Assembly (NCBI GenBank): GCA_000092065.1 | Contig: CP000581.1 | Source: Ostreococcus lucimarinus | Taxonomy: Eukaryota | Length of the DNA: 64,000 bases | Direction: 5' to 3' (one strand) | Shown here: piece after piece, positions 19,755 through 29,916 of the stretch | Position numbering within the stretch: position 1 is the first letter of the stretch | How the letters are laid out: each line of letters begins with the position of its first letter | Position numbers and translations under genes: made by a program | Notes under the pieces: generated by a model | Database searches by the model: none | The model's input: the letters and a program-made list of their open reading frames with translations, nothing else | Told to the model about the DNA's origin: nothing

Positions 19755-20708
19755 ATGTCGCTGCCGACGCACCGCGCGCGCGACCTCGCGGGCGCGCACG
19801 ACGGCGCCGTCCTCGCCGCGCGCTTCTCGCGCGACGCCGCGCACTGCGTGACGTGCGGGCGCGACCGCGCGTTCGCGCTCTGGAACGCGCGCAAGGGGAC
19901 GCTGCTCCGAGTGTACCGCGGCGGACACGCGCGAGAGGTTCGCGACGCGTCGTGCGCGCGAGACGGCGCGCGAATCGCCACGTGCGGCGGCGACCGAGGC
20001 GTGTTTCTGTGGGACGTCGCCACGGGGGCGAGCGTGCGACGGTGGAGCGGACACGAGGGCGAGGGAGGCGCGAACGCGACGGCGCTGTGCGGACCGGGGG
20101 ACGCGCTGTGCGCGAGCGCGGGGTACGACGCGAGCGTCAGACTGTGGGATTGTCGAGCGAGCGGCGCGAGGGCGATGCAGGTGATGCACGCGCGCACGGG
20201 AGTGGCGTTCGGGGACAGCGTGACGAGCCTGAGCGTGGACGAGGACGGGGCGAAAATCGCGGCGGGGTGCGTGGACGGATGCGCGAGGACGATTGATTTA
20301 AGAAACGGGAAATGTCACGTCGACAGCGTCGGCGCGCCGGTGACGAGCGTGTGCTTCAGTCACGATAAACAGTGTTTGATCGTGGGGTGCCTGACCTCGC
20401 GCGTCGCGCTGCTCGATTGCGCGAGCGGGAACGCGATGGCGACGTATCGCGGGCACGTCGCCGAGCGCGCGAAAACCGAGTGTCGATTCTCAAATACCGA
20501 CGCCCACGTCGTCGCGTCCTCCGAAGACGGCCGCGTGGTGTTTTGGGATTTAGTCACGGGCGACGTCGTGCGCGAGCTTCAGGCCCACGACCGATCCACG
20601 GTGGTGTGCTCGATCGATTACGCCCCGGAGGGCGCCGAGCCCGCGATGGCGACGTGCGCCGCCGACGGTACGGCGCGGTACTGGACCGCGCCACCAACCA
20701 CACAATAG
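19755..20708 (+). CDS. WDR83: WD40-repeat protein WDR83 / MORG1 (MAPK organizer 1).
   Basis: Colinear with WDR83 over the full length: GAHDGAVLAARFSRDAAHCVTCGRDRAFALWNARKGTLLRVYRGGH...VFLWDVATG...VVASSEDGRVVFWDLVTGDVV. Confidence 0.75.
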   Translation: MSLPTHRARDLAGAHDGAVLAARFSRDAAHCVTCGRDRAFALWNARKGTLLRVYRGGHAREVRDASCARDGARIATCGGDRGVFLWDVATGASVRRWSGHEGEGGANATALCGPGDALCASAGYDASVRLWDCRASGARAMQVMHARTGVAFGDSVTSLSVDEDGAKIAAGCVDGCARTIDLRNGKCHVDSVGAPVTSVCFSHDKQCLIVGCLTSRVALLDCASGNAMATYRGHVAERAKTECRFSNTDAHVVASSEDGRVVFWDLVTGDVVRELQAHDRSTVVCSIDYAPEGAEPAMATCAADGTARYWTAPPTTQ

Positions 20709-20728
20709 ACGCGTAAACTCGCTGCACA

Positions 20729-21520
20729 TTGGCTGTAAATTGTACATATCGCTGTAACATCGCCCATCTTCGCGCGCCCATCTTCGCGCGCGCGCCGCGT
20801 CTCGCCGCCGACGAAAATCAACCGAAAAACGCCGCCGCCCGCGCGCCGCCCCATCATCCGCCAGACGCCGCCGCGCCCGCGCGCGCGACGATGCGCGCGA
20901 CGCCGCGCGCGCGCGGGGCGTCGAAGCGCGACGACGCGGACGCGCGACGCTCGACGCGCGCGACGCGCGCGCGGCGTTTGGTGGTTTTCCGACGCGGCGC
21001 GTACAAAGGTTTAAAGGAAAAACCGCCGTTTCGCACGACGTGGGACGTGCCCTGCGAGCGCCTGGACGTCAAGCTCGGACACCGCGACGGGACGGCGTCG
21101 CGGTTCGGGTCGATCGTCACCGTGTCGTGCGACGTCGAGCCCGTGGGGGCGCACGGCTTTTTTCTCGCCGCCGCGATTCGCGGCGCCGTCGACTGCGCGT
21201 GCGCGTCGTGCGGCGTCGTCTTCGCGCACGCGCTTCCGGAACACCGCGACGACGGCGACGACGACGATGACGTCGTCGTCGTCGACGCGCCGTGCGCGTT
21301 CACCGCTTGGCTCGATCCAGATTTCGTCTCCACCGCGGACGGCGCGTCGAGCGCGAGCGGCGACGCCGAGGTGTTCCCGTTCCCTCCCTCTCGCGACGCC
21401 GTCGATCTCACCGATCTCGTCGTCGACACGATCGACGCCTTCGGCGTGCCCGACGAGTGCGTGTGCGACGCCTGTCGCGCCGCCGAACCGCGCGCGTGGT
21501 CCACCGAGCGCGCGATGTAA
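20729..21520 (+). CDS. DUF177 / YceD-like protein (plastid large-subunit rRNA accumulation family), probably organelle-targeted. The true start may be the internal Met near 20891.
   Basis: VSCDVEPVGAHGFFLAAAIRGAVDCACASCGVVF and the C-terminal CVCDACR block match the YceD CxxC...CxxC architecture. It fills the gap between WDR83 and DHRS12. Confidence 0.45.
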   Translation: MAVNCTYRCNIAHLRAPIFARAPRLAADENQPKNAAARAPPHHPPDAAAPARATMRATPRARGASKRDDADARRSTRATRARRLVVFRRGAYKGLKEKPPFRTTWDVPCERLDVKLGHRDGTASRFGSIVTVSCDVEPVGAHGFFLAAAIRGAVDCACASCGVVFAHALPEHRDDGDDDDDVVVVDAPCAFTAWLDPDFVSTADGASSASGDAEVFPFPPSRDAVDLTDLVVDTIDAFGVPDECVCDACRAAEPRAWSTERAM

Positions 21521-21604
21521 AAAAAAAACAATCGACGCGACGCTTCGCGTCCCGAGGTCGACCTCGGCGACGCTTCGGCGCGGCGTCAGATTCGGGCGCG
21601 CGCG

Positions 21605-22786
21605 ATGACGAGCGCGTACCGCGCGCTCGCGTTCGCGGCGCACGGCTACAGGGCGTACCTCGGCGACGCGTTCGAGCGCCTCAGGCTGCCGGCGCTGCCC
21701 GAGCGCGACCTGAGCGGCGCGGAGTGCGTCGTCACGGGCGCGAACCAGGGCATCGGATTCGAGGTCGCCGGCGCGCTCGTCGAGCGCGGCGCGCGCGTGC
21801 ACTGCGTGTGCCGGGACGAGGCGCGCGGAAGCGCGGCGGTGGAGGCGCTGAACGCGCGCGCGAGCCAGACGGGACGCGGACGCGGACGCGCGGAGCTGCA
21901 CGCGTGCGATCTGAGCTCGCTCGCGCAGACGCGGCGGTTCGTCGAGCGGTACACGGCGAGCGGACGAGCGCTGCACGCGCTGGTGTGCAACGCGGGAGCG
22001 ATGGTGCACGAACGAGGGAACACGAGCGAGGGATTCGAGCGGAACTTCGCGGTGAACACGCTCGGGACGCACGTCCTCGTCGCGGGGCTGCGGCCGGTGC
22101 TGGGACGCACGGCGCAGGGGGACGCGAACCTGGAGGGCGAGGGAGGGTACTACGCGCCGAGGGTCGTCGTCGTGTCGAGCGCGGGGATGATGACGGAGCC
22201 GCTGGAGGTGAAGGATTTGGAGATGCGGAGGACGAAGAAGTTTGACGGGGTGAAGCAGTACGCGCGCGGGAAGCGACACCAGACGGCGATGATGGAGCGT
22301 TGGGCGCGATTGGAGCTAGAGAACGTGGGCGAGGAGCGCGTGAAGAGCGGAAGGGGATACGTGGGGTATTATTCCATGCATCCGGGGTGGGTGGCGACGA
22401 CCGGGGTGGCGAACGCGTTGCCGAAATTTTACGCGTCCATGGCGGGGAAGCTTCGGACGACCGCGCAGGGCGCGGATACGATTCTCTACCTCTTGACGGC
22501 CGGGACGGAAGACTTGCAACCGGGAGCGTTTTACTTCGATCGTGCTCCCGTGGCGAAGCACATCACCTGCGGGTTCACGCGGTACGAGCCGAAGCAGGTG
22601 GACGCCCTCGTGAGCAAGCTCGACGCGTTGCAGGCGGAAGGTTCCGTGCGGAGCGAAAAGAACCTTCTCAAAGCGTCTGGCTCGTTTACGAAGGGCTCGG
22701 CGACTAAGGACGCGTCGACCAAGGACGCTTCGCCGTCGAGTGAGACGAAGACGAAACGCAGCAATCCGTCGTGGAACATTCGATGA
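21605..22786 (+). CDS. DHRS12: Dehydrogenase/reductase SDR family member 12-like oxidoreductase.
   Basis: Colinear with DHRS12: VVTGANQGIGFEVAGALVERGARVHCVCRDEARG...CNAGAMVHERGNTSEGFERNFAVNTLGTHVL...YSMHPGWVATTGV...AQGADTILYL...FYFDRAPV. Confidence 0.75.
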   Translation: MTSAYRALAFAAHGYRAYLGDAFERLRLPALPERDLSGAECVVTGANQGIGFEVAGALVERGARVHCVCRDEARGSAAVEALNARASQTGRGRGRAELHACDLSSLAQTRRFVERYTASGRALHALVCNAGAMVHERGNTSEGFERNFAVNTLGTHVLVAGLRPVLGRTAQGDANLEGEGGYYAPRVVVVSSAGMMTEPLEVKDLEMRRTKKFDGVKQYARGKRHQTAMMERWARLELENVGEERVKSGRGYVGYYSMHPGWVATTGVANALPKFYASMAGKLRTTAQGADTILYLLTAGTEDLQPGAFYFDRAPVAKHITCGFTRYEPKQVDALVSKLDALQAEGSVRSEKNLLKASGSFTKGSATKDASTKDASPSSETKTKRSNPSWNIR

Positions 22787-23088
22787 GCCAAACAGCGAAA
22801 TGAAAAAAAAGTACAAAAAAGCCACCGGCTGGCACGAGCCGTTGCGCGCGCGCATTCTGACAATCGTTCTTCACAATTCAATTCTTGTTATATCAAAATA
22901 TTATTTGCCCATCGTTCGCAAGTGCACGACTCGCACATCTCGAGCGAATCGTCCTGCATGCGTCGTCTTCTTCGTGTCTCTCGGATCGCGGTGTCGCGAG
23001 CAAAGCGAATCGAATCGGCGCGGAAACAAAAACTGTTTTCCTACAATCACCTTGTGATCGACAACTTTTTAGCTAAATTCTATGTGTG

Positions 23089-26000
23089 CTAGCGGCCAAT
23101 CGGCGGTGGGCCCGCGGAAGGGGATCCGCCGGTATCGAGACCGAATTTCTTTGCCTGTTGGTTTACCGCGATGGTGACGTACGCGCCGATGAAATCGTTG
23201 ATGATGAACACGGACAAACCAGCGAACATGCCGATGAAGAGCAGACAGCAACCGACGATGAGAATCTTTCGAAGCATCTCTGGGCCCAGAATTAAAGAAA
23301 GCGATCCGAGCGGGTCCATGAGACTCAATCTCGCGCGCACCGGTTCTCTGAGTTCCGGATCTCGGTTCGGCGCATCGCGCCCGGCGCCGACGGGCCTGAC
23401 TTCAGCTTTGCGCACCGGCATGAGTGAGAGCATTATCTCCACCTCGCCTTGGCACTCGTTGGGCTTGCTCGGGTGATACAACTTCAACCACCTTCCTTCA
23501 GCCGCGCCGTCGAAGATGTTGAAAGTCGATAAACTGTCTGTGAAAGACGACTTAAACTCCACAGTCGCCTCGGTGGCCAACTCTCCATCAGGCGAGTTGT
23601 CCACCGCGCGCATGAGCTGTCGGCACATGCCCGTCAATGGAATCGTAACTTCCCCGATGGCATCGTTAGCGCTGAACAAATCTCTGTCGTACGCTGAGAT
23701 TCGCAAAGCCCCTCGAGCGATCGGAAGCTCAAACCTGAAGATGTTTCTAAAGTTGAAGCTGCCTCGACCATCCGTGGCGAACCAGTGCGTGTCGGTTTCT
23801 TGCGCCTCCGTGAAGCGAGTTTGCGTCCTATCGAGACCGACGAGGGTAAGCTTGAAGAACAAGTCATTTTTACCACCGACATCTTTGTTCATGACTTTTC
23901 GCGCGCCAAACGTGACGCATCGAAGTTCAACTTCCATCACCGGAGGCGGCTGCAACGGAAACGCCGGCGGAGGCGCGTCGTGACCTTCATGGATCTCAAC
24001 GAACATTTCTAAAAAGCCTTGTGGAGTGTCGCTGTCCGGAAGAAGTAACGGTCTCATCTCCAGTGGTGGCGTTTCAGAGAGGTTTTGCACCCACACTGGG
24101 GAGAAGAATCTGTCCTCGATGTCGATGGAGCACGTGCCCAATAATATATCCTTGCCTCTCTTTTCCCAATCGTACACGTTGATGTCTACGATGGAGTCAC
24201 CAGGGACGTCGGTCTGAAACTGGAAAACCTTGTAAAACCACGGCGAAAGAGTTCGTTCGACTCGATCTTCACGCTTACCGTAACGCTTCTTCAAACCACG
24301 TTGATTGACGATGAGATACGGATCGCACAAACCCGTCGGGTCGGACGTTCGAAGGTCTCTTCCGCGAATCACGTACACGCGAACCGTGACCTCCGTTGGT
24401 GCGGAAGCCAAATCGCCTCCTCCCGCAATTCGCTGTACTTCAAGAAACTCATCTTTACCCATGGTTGCGAAATCTTCCTCTGGTTCCCATCTCGCCATCT
24501 CTTCCTCGTGAATTCTATCCAGGCGCCTCTTCTTTTCCTTCTTGTTCAGCGCCTCCTTGAGAGCTCTTTTTCGGTTGACCTTATTTTCGAGAAGGTTTTC
24601 TGCGACAAAACTCGTGTCTTCCCGAAGTGGTACGCTTCGGATGGCAACCTTGACGACACCCGCGAGTTCTTTTTCAGATGTGTTGTCCGCGAATCCTTTC
24701 GCATGGTACACTGGGATGGACATGAACTGCAAGGGCCGCAGCTCGTCCTCGAGTAAGCCGCCTGCGAGGATCATTCGGCCCTCCATCCAAATCGGGAGCT
24801 TACCGGTGCCGTCGTCAAAGGTGATGGCGTCTTGTTGCTCCGCATCGGAGTCACTCGATTCTTCTTCCACCGACTCCGCGTCATCGTTGTCGTCCTTCGA
24901 CGTACTACTGCCGAGGTCGTCGCTATCGCTCTCGCTGCTGGCGTACGACTTTTCCGTCTCCGTCCCGCTAATTTCAGTCTTGTCCGAGTCTGACTCGGAA
25001 GAATCTGGACGCTCGACTTCTTTGATAGACATCAGCTGATTTTTAGACTTGCGTCTTTCCTTACTGAAATCTTCAAGCGGAATGTATTTCCGCTTGCCAT
25101 CCATTGAGCGAATCATGTGATAACCCGCGGCAGACTCCGGCTCCGTCAATTTTTTTCCCTGTTTTTGCCCTTTTTGCATAGACTTCGAACTCGCCAATCG
25201 CGACATCTTACTCTTAGAGCTACCCAGCATGCTTGTCGACTGGTTTATAGCTGTACTCGACCGTTTCATGGATCCACTTTTATTCTTAAAAGTAACACTC
25301 GCGCCGAATAACTCAGAGTCGTCGTCGGCGTCGCTGAACTCGTTTGTGACTGTGTCAGAGTCGTCCTCGTACAAAGTAGTGTTCGTACCGAAAGTTCTCT
25401 CCGACTCGGATACAGTCGCGGACATCTCCGCCATGAGCTTCTCGCGAATCTCGTCTGGAGTCAATTTACGAATCTTGACTGACTTCAGTTTACTCACGAA
25501 TTCAGCCTCTTCGACTTTTTCGGAATCGCGGACACGAAGTGCATGCTCGGCAGTCGCGATGATGTGCGTCGAACTGTTCCGACCATCCATCACACGGATG
25601 GATAAACTGAGACGGACTTTATTGAGCCTCGTCATCATTCCGCTCAGTCTGAGAATCTCTCCCTTGAAGTTTGCGTTCGGTCCGTTTGGATACATTTGCT
25701 GACGTGTTCGTGCGAGATGAGCGCGCGAACCAAAGTACAAGGGCGTCACACCGTTGAGCTCAAACTCGACGCAAGGACGATGGACTGGAGTACCTCTGTA
25801 AGGTGTCAACCCGCGCACACCCAACACAACGAGCTCTACTGCGATAGCGGTTGCGCCGTAATGGTCCTCGAGCGGACGTACTGCAGAGTTGAGCCTCATC
25901 AACGCGAGCGCCTTGAAGGAAGAGTCTGCGACACCGGCGTACGCTGCGATGCCTTCCTTGGGCATCGGTAACAACTCATAAAACATGAGAATGTAACCGC

Positions 26001-28767
26001 CCGCGTCTATTGGTGAGACGCTCAAACCTTTCTTTGGATTCAACTGGCGCATCGGATACCATTCGGGTTCAGCCGACAACGCACCGACTTCGTAATTTGC
26101 AATGTCATCGTATCTATCTGGGAATTCAGAATCAAGACTGAACTTTGAATAGAAGGACAAAATAGATGACGCGATGACGCTAAAGTTATCGTCGCCACGC
26201 CGCTCGGCTTCCGCAGCGGCAGGATGAATCAAAGGCAACGAGAGCACAGATAACGGATCGTTGTCCATCATGAGCAATCCTTCGTCTCTGTCAAAAACCA
26301 TGACATTCAAGGATGGCGCCGCCCACCATGCAATTCCTTCAAACTCTTGCCCCACACCGCCGCCGCCGCCTTTACCGACGAACTTCTCTTTCTTCTTTTG
26401 AGGTTTTGTCGACGTTTCAGCCATCTCCACATCGTAATCGCGCGAATCAAAACTGGCATCGCTCGAGTTGCCATCATTTGCCGCGTTAATTTCCGCCATT
26501 CGAGACGGATCAAGTAGGACATCCTCGCTATCCTCATCCGAGTCGTCGCCGTCGGTGACAAGCGTACCATCAGGCAGACGTTTCTTGTCCTTAACTACGA
26601 GTGGAAGATCCACTTGAACGAATAACTCTCGGAACCAAGAAGGTGACGTCGTTGAATTCACCACATTCGTCTCCGCGATGTTGCGACCGACTCGGAGCAC
26701 CGCAAAAGGGTCGCTTGAACCGTGAGCGTCAGCGGCCGGTAAATCGCGCGCTTGATACAACTCCATCCGAAGCATGAATGGACGAGTTGGAAGAGGTTCA
26801 ACGAACTCTGATTCTAAATTTGCAGCGAGGCGCTCGCCACGAAGCTCTGCTTTGCGCTCCAAATCCCCGCGCCGATCGTCCATGGCTGCTTCAGCGTCGG
26901 AAGCCACGCTCTTGACGTCATCTTCGTCGACGTATGCTTCACCCGCCGCGTGCTTTCCAGCGCTTGATCCTCGAATCATGAGACGCAGAAGTACCTGCCC
27001 AATCGGTTTGACGTTTTCGGCGCGGCGACTATGAAACCACTTGTGATTGCTGAGTGCATCCGCTCTGAGAGGAAACCACCCTTGCACTTTCCAGCCGTAC
27101 GGGAATTCCGCGTTCGTCGGCGGCGCCCTCGGTCGCAACGTTTCGTTCACCGGCACGAGCTCGGTGACTGGGATGCGACAATAACCCACACGTCGAGAGC
27201 CGTTTCCACTCAAAATATTAACGTTCACAAAGACGTCTGGCGACCCTGTACCCGCGAGTGGTCCCTCGAAAGGCGTTGGAATCTTGACCAACAACGGCGC
27301 CAAGTTACACTGAACGTTGGCGTAGCACTCGGCGCTGAGCGATCCACCTTCGCCTCGAAGTATAACTGAGGGCGATGACGTGGATTCAAGCCCCATGCGG
27401 ACGTCGACGGATAACATTTTGCCCGTAGCTTTCGTTTGGAAGAGTTCCACGTTCATGATTTGCGAGTGAAGAAAACAACGCCACTCCTTGCCCATCTTCG
27501 CCAACACCGGAGGAATCGATTTCTTCGCCCGCGCGTGCTTGTTTCTTCGGTTCTCTGGCTCTAATGTGAACGATATCAACGTCCGACCGCGGTATGCTGC
27601 ACCGTCCACGTATCCCGCGTTCATTCTCTTGGCTAACTTTGACATGCGACTAAAAAACGCAACTTCCATGCCACGTAAACCGCCGTAGAAGCAGTACCAT
27701 TTCGGTTTTTCGTACGCCTTCGGGCGATCTAAGATATCCTTCAAACTAATTGCCGTCGAAGCGACGTGATCATCCGCGTCCATGACGTCTCTATCCATGA
27801 CGCTCATACGCAAGGGCGGCATCGCATCGATACCTTGCTCGCCGCCCGGCACTAAAAGTCGCAAGACAATCTCCTGGTTCCAATCCGGGTTCTTACTCGT
27901 GATCACTCGCGTCTTCGCCTCTTTCGCCGACCCACAGGATATCTTGAGATACGCATCCAAGCCTCCCGCGCCGAACCTATCCATCCTCGGAAACTCTCTA
28001 CCGCTGTACACGCACGCCTTTAGAATGTAAGCTTGCACATTCTTGCGAGTCATTTCCGCCTCGTCATGTTGCAACTTCTCCAACGCTTTTTTCTCAGCGC
28101 GTTTAACGCGCTTTGCGCGAGCTTTGGCGGTTTCAAACTGTCCGACTTCGACCATTTCCTCCTCGCCGTCGCTAAATTTCTCATCCAAGTGCAGCGGCGG
28201 AGAGTCGCCGTCTCGCAGCACCGTCACGCACAGGCACAACTCCCCTTGACTCCCCGATCGCCTCCCCGAGAAATCCGTCAACGTGTACCACTCGTTCCAA
28301 ATCTCGTGCGTCTTCGACAAGTACACCGCGGCGAGATTTATGTCCACGCTCCCGATCACCATGTCCTTGCCGATTCTCGACTTATCGCACACGTTCACCA
28401 CCACGTTACACGCCTCCAGCTCATCCTCTGCCACCTCGACTCGATCAAAATAAAACAACTGATTCCACAGCGGCGACGCCGTCTCCTTCTCGATCACCGT
28501 CCTTCGCTTCTGCGGTTCGAACCCCGCGCGCTGCAGCTTCACCTTGCCCACCACGTTCGGCAACCGATCGGCGTGCACCGTCTGCGTCTTCAGCCTAAAG
28601 CTCATCAGCGTCTGCAGCAGGCTGAACGCTTGTATCGCCTGCAGGTTTTTCGCCTCCACCAGGCGCACGGCGACGCTGTACGCGCCCGCGGGCGTCGTGT
28701 GTCGCGCGGGCGCTTGCAATTCCTGTCCATCGACGACCGACGCTTTGTCGCCCCACAGCCACCCCAT
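23089..28767 (-). CDS. Ferlin-family multi-C2-domain protein (dysferlin/otoferlin-like) with a C-terminal transmembrane anchor; 1892 aa in a single exon.
   Basis: Several C2-type blocks, for example VRVYVIRGRDLRTSDPTGLCDPYLIVN and ISAYDRDLFSANDAIGEVTIPL. The C-terminal ferlin signature VGAGRDAPNRDPELREPVRARLSLMDP is followed by the TM segment ILIVGCCLLFIGMFAGLSVFII. Confidence 0.75.
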   Translation of the reverse strand: MGWLWGDKASVVDGQELQAPARHTTPAGAYSVAVRLVEAKNLQAIQAFSLLQTLMSFRLKTQTVHADRLPNVVGKVKLQRAGFEPQKRRTVIEKETASPLWNQLFYFDRVEVAEDELEACNVVVNVCDKSRIGKDMVIGSVDINLAAVYLSKTHEIWNEWYTLTDFSGRRSGSQGELCLCVTVLRDGDSPPLHLDEKFSDGEEEMVEVGQFETAKARAKRVKRAEKKALEKLQHDEAEMTRKNVQAYILKACVYSGREFPRMDRFGAGGLDAYLKISCGSAKEAKTRVITSKNPDWNQEIVLRLLVPGGEQGIDAMPPLRMSVMDRDVMDADDHVASTAISLKDILDRPKAYEKPKWYCFYGGLRGMEVAFFSRMSKLAKRMNAGYVDGAAYRGRTLISFTLEPENRRNKHARAKKSIPPVLAKMGKEWRCFLHSQIMNVELFQTKATGKMLSVDVRMGLESTSSPSVILRGEGGSLSAECYANVQCNLAPLLVKIPTPFEGPLAGTGSPDVFVNVNILSGNGSRRVGYCRIPVTELVPVNETLRPRAPPTNAEFPYGWKVQGWFPLRADALSNHKWFHSRRAENVKPIGQVLLRLMIRGSSAGKHAAGEAYVDEDDVKSVASDAEAAMDDRRGDLERKAELRGERLAANLESEFVEPLPTRPFMLRMELYQARDLPAADAHGSSDPFAVLRVGRNIAETNVVNSTTSPSWFRELFVQVDLPLVVKDKKRLPDGTLVTDGDDSDEDSEDVLLDPSRMAEINAANDGNSSDASFDSRDYDVEMAETSTKPQKKKEKFVGKGGGGGVGQEFEGIAWWAAPSLNVMVFDRDEGLLMMDNDPLSVLSLPLIHPAAAEAERRGDDNFSVIASSILSFYSKFSLDSEFPDRYDDIANYEVGALSAEPEWYPMRQLNPKKGLSVSPIDAGGYILMFYELLPMPKEGIAAYAGVADSSFKALALMRLNSAVRPLEDHYGATAIAVELVVLGVRGLTPYRGTPVHRPCVEFELNGVTPLYFGSRAHLARTRQQMYPNGPNANFKGEILRLSGMMTRLNKVRLSLSIRVMDGRNSSTHIIATAEHALRVRDSEKVEEAEFVSKLKSVKIRKLTPDEIREKLMAEMSATVSESERTFGTNTTLYEDDSDTVTNEFSDADDDSELFGASVTFKNKSGSMKRSSTAINQSTSMLGSSKSKMSRLASSKSMQKGQKQGKKLTEPESAAGYHMIRSMDGKRKYIPLEDFSKERRKSKNQLMSIKEVERPDSSESDSDKTEISGTETEKSYASSESDSDDLGSSTSKDDNDDAESVEEESSDSDAEQQDAITFDDGTGKLPIWMEGRMILAGGLLEDELRPLQFMSIPVYHAKGFADNTSEKELAGVVKVAIRSVPLREDTSFVAENLLENKVNRKRALKEALNKKEKKRRLDRIHEEEMARWEPEEDFATMGKDEFLEVQRIAGGGDLASAPTEVTVRVYVIRGRDLRTSDPTGLCDPYLIVNQRGLKKRYGKREDRVERTLSPWFYKVFQFQTDVPGDSIVDINVYDWEKRGKDILLGTCSIDIEDRFFSPVWVQNLSETPPLEMRPLLLPDSDTPQGFLEMFVEIHEGHDAPPPAFPLQPPPVMEVELRCVTFGARKVMNKDVGGKNDLFFKLTLVGLDRTQTRFTEAQETDTHWFATDGRGSFNFRNIFRFELPIARGALRISAYDRDLFSANDAIGEVTIPLTGMCRQLMRAVDNSPDGELATEATVEFKSSFTDSLSTFNIFDGAAEGRWLKLYHPSKPNECQGEVEIMLSLMPVRKAEVRPVGAGRDAPNRDPELREPVRARLSLMDPLGSLSLILGPEMLRKILIVGCCLLFIGMFAGLSVFIINDFIGAYVTIAVNQQAKKFGLDTGGSPSAGPPPIGR

Positions 28768-29065
28768 GGCGCCGGGCGCGCGCGCGCGGCCGCCGACGCG
28801 CGCCGGGCGCGCGTTCGCGTCCTTCCGAGCGCGCGCGACCGCCGAGCGCGCGCGCGTCGCGGCGGCGCGTGCGGAAGATGACGCCGCGTCAAGCCTTTTT
28901 AGTGTTGGGTCGCGGGCGCGCCCGTCCGTGACGGAGCCCTTATATGGGCCAAAATGAGCTTAAATACGTGACGCGCGACCGACGTCACACATCGACGCGC
29001 GCCTCGACGCGCCGCGACGCCGCGCGACCGCGCGCGCGCGGAGCGACGCGAAGACGAGACGCGCG

Positions 29066-29839
29066 ATGTCCGTCCTCGCCCTCGACGTCGCGCGCGACGT
29101 CGCCGCGCCGCGGCGCGCGGAGATTTTAGAAACCCTGCGCGCGCTCGCGGACGGCGCCGACGCGACGACGCGCGAGATCGCGAGCGACGACGACGCGGAC
29201 GCGCTCGAGCGCGCGTCGTGCGACGCGTACTTCGCGCGCGCGCGCGACGCGAGCGAGGCGCGACGGGCGTGCGCGCGCGCGAGCGAAAAGCTGCGCGCGG
29301 GGGGGGCGCTGGGCGTCGTCGTCGACGACGAGCGCACGGCGACGGCGACGACGGAGGCGATGGTGCTGGCGGGATTCACGACGGTCACGCGCGAGGACGA
29401 TGGGGTGGTGCGATGCGTGAAACCGAACTGGGCGCGAGGGACGGCGTTCGCGCTGAAATCGCGAGCGGTGAGGGTGAACGCGACGGCGGCGGACGCGGCG
29501 GACGCGTGGGGCGCGAGCGCGGCGGCGGACGACGACGAGCTCATCGACGAGAGCGCGCTGCTCACGGAGCTGGACGTGAACACGGCGCCGGTGAAGTATG
29601 ATGATTGCGACGTCGGGGCGGGGAAGAAGGCGTGTAAGAATTGTACGTGCGGGCGCGCGGAGGCGGAAGCCGCGGAGGAGGCGACGACGGCGGCGAGCGA
29701 GGAAACCTTCGTGAGCGCGTGCGGGAACTGCGCGCTGGGCGACGCGTTCCGGTGCGCGGGGTGTCCGTACTTGGGCCAGCCCGCGTTTAAGGATCAACCC
29801 GGGACGAAAGTCGAGCTCGATCTCGGCGATGATTTGTAA
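29066..29839 (+). CDS. CIAPIN1: Anamorsin / Dre2 (cytosolic Fe-S assembly, CIAPIN1 family).
   Basis: C-terminal twin Cys motifs: [16 protein letters not shown] and [24 protein letters not shown]. Confidence 0.8.
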   Translation: MSVLALDVARDVAAPRRAEILETLRALADGADATTREIASDDDADALERASCDAYFARARDASEARRACARASEKLRAGGALGVVVDDERTATATTEAMVLAGFTTVTREDDGVVRCVKPNWARGTAFALKSRAVRVNATAADAADAWGASAAADDDELIDESALLTELDVNTAPVKYDDCDVGAGKKACKNCTCGRAEAEAAEEATTAASEETFVSACGNCALGDAFRCAGCPYLGQPAFKDQPGTKVELDLGDDL

Positions 29840-29916
29840 GACATTTTGTGACTCGTCTAAAATATCTCGCGCGGACGCGCGCCGCGGCGTCGCGACACTT
29901 CGGAACGCGCCGAGCC

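Noticed and set aside
20854-21531. A 225-aa minus-strand ORF opposite the DUF177 gene.
   Set aside because: It is Ser/Thr/Ala low complexity with no motifs, whereas the plus-strand frame carries the YceD-like Cys architecture.
29848-29916. The first ATG of the PsbP-domain ORF.
   Set aside because: It starts 8 nt after the anamorsin stop and encodes MTRLKYLARTRAAASRHFGTRRA, which has no transit-peptide character. The downstream Met at 29917 gives a plausible targeting sequence plus a Tat motif.
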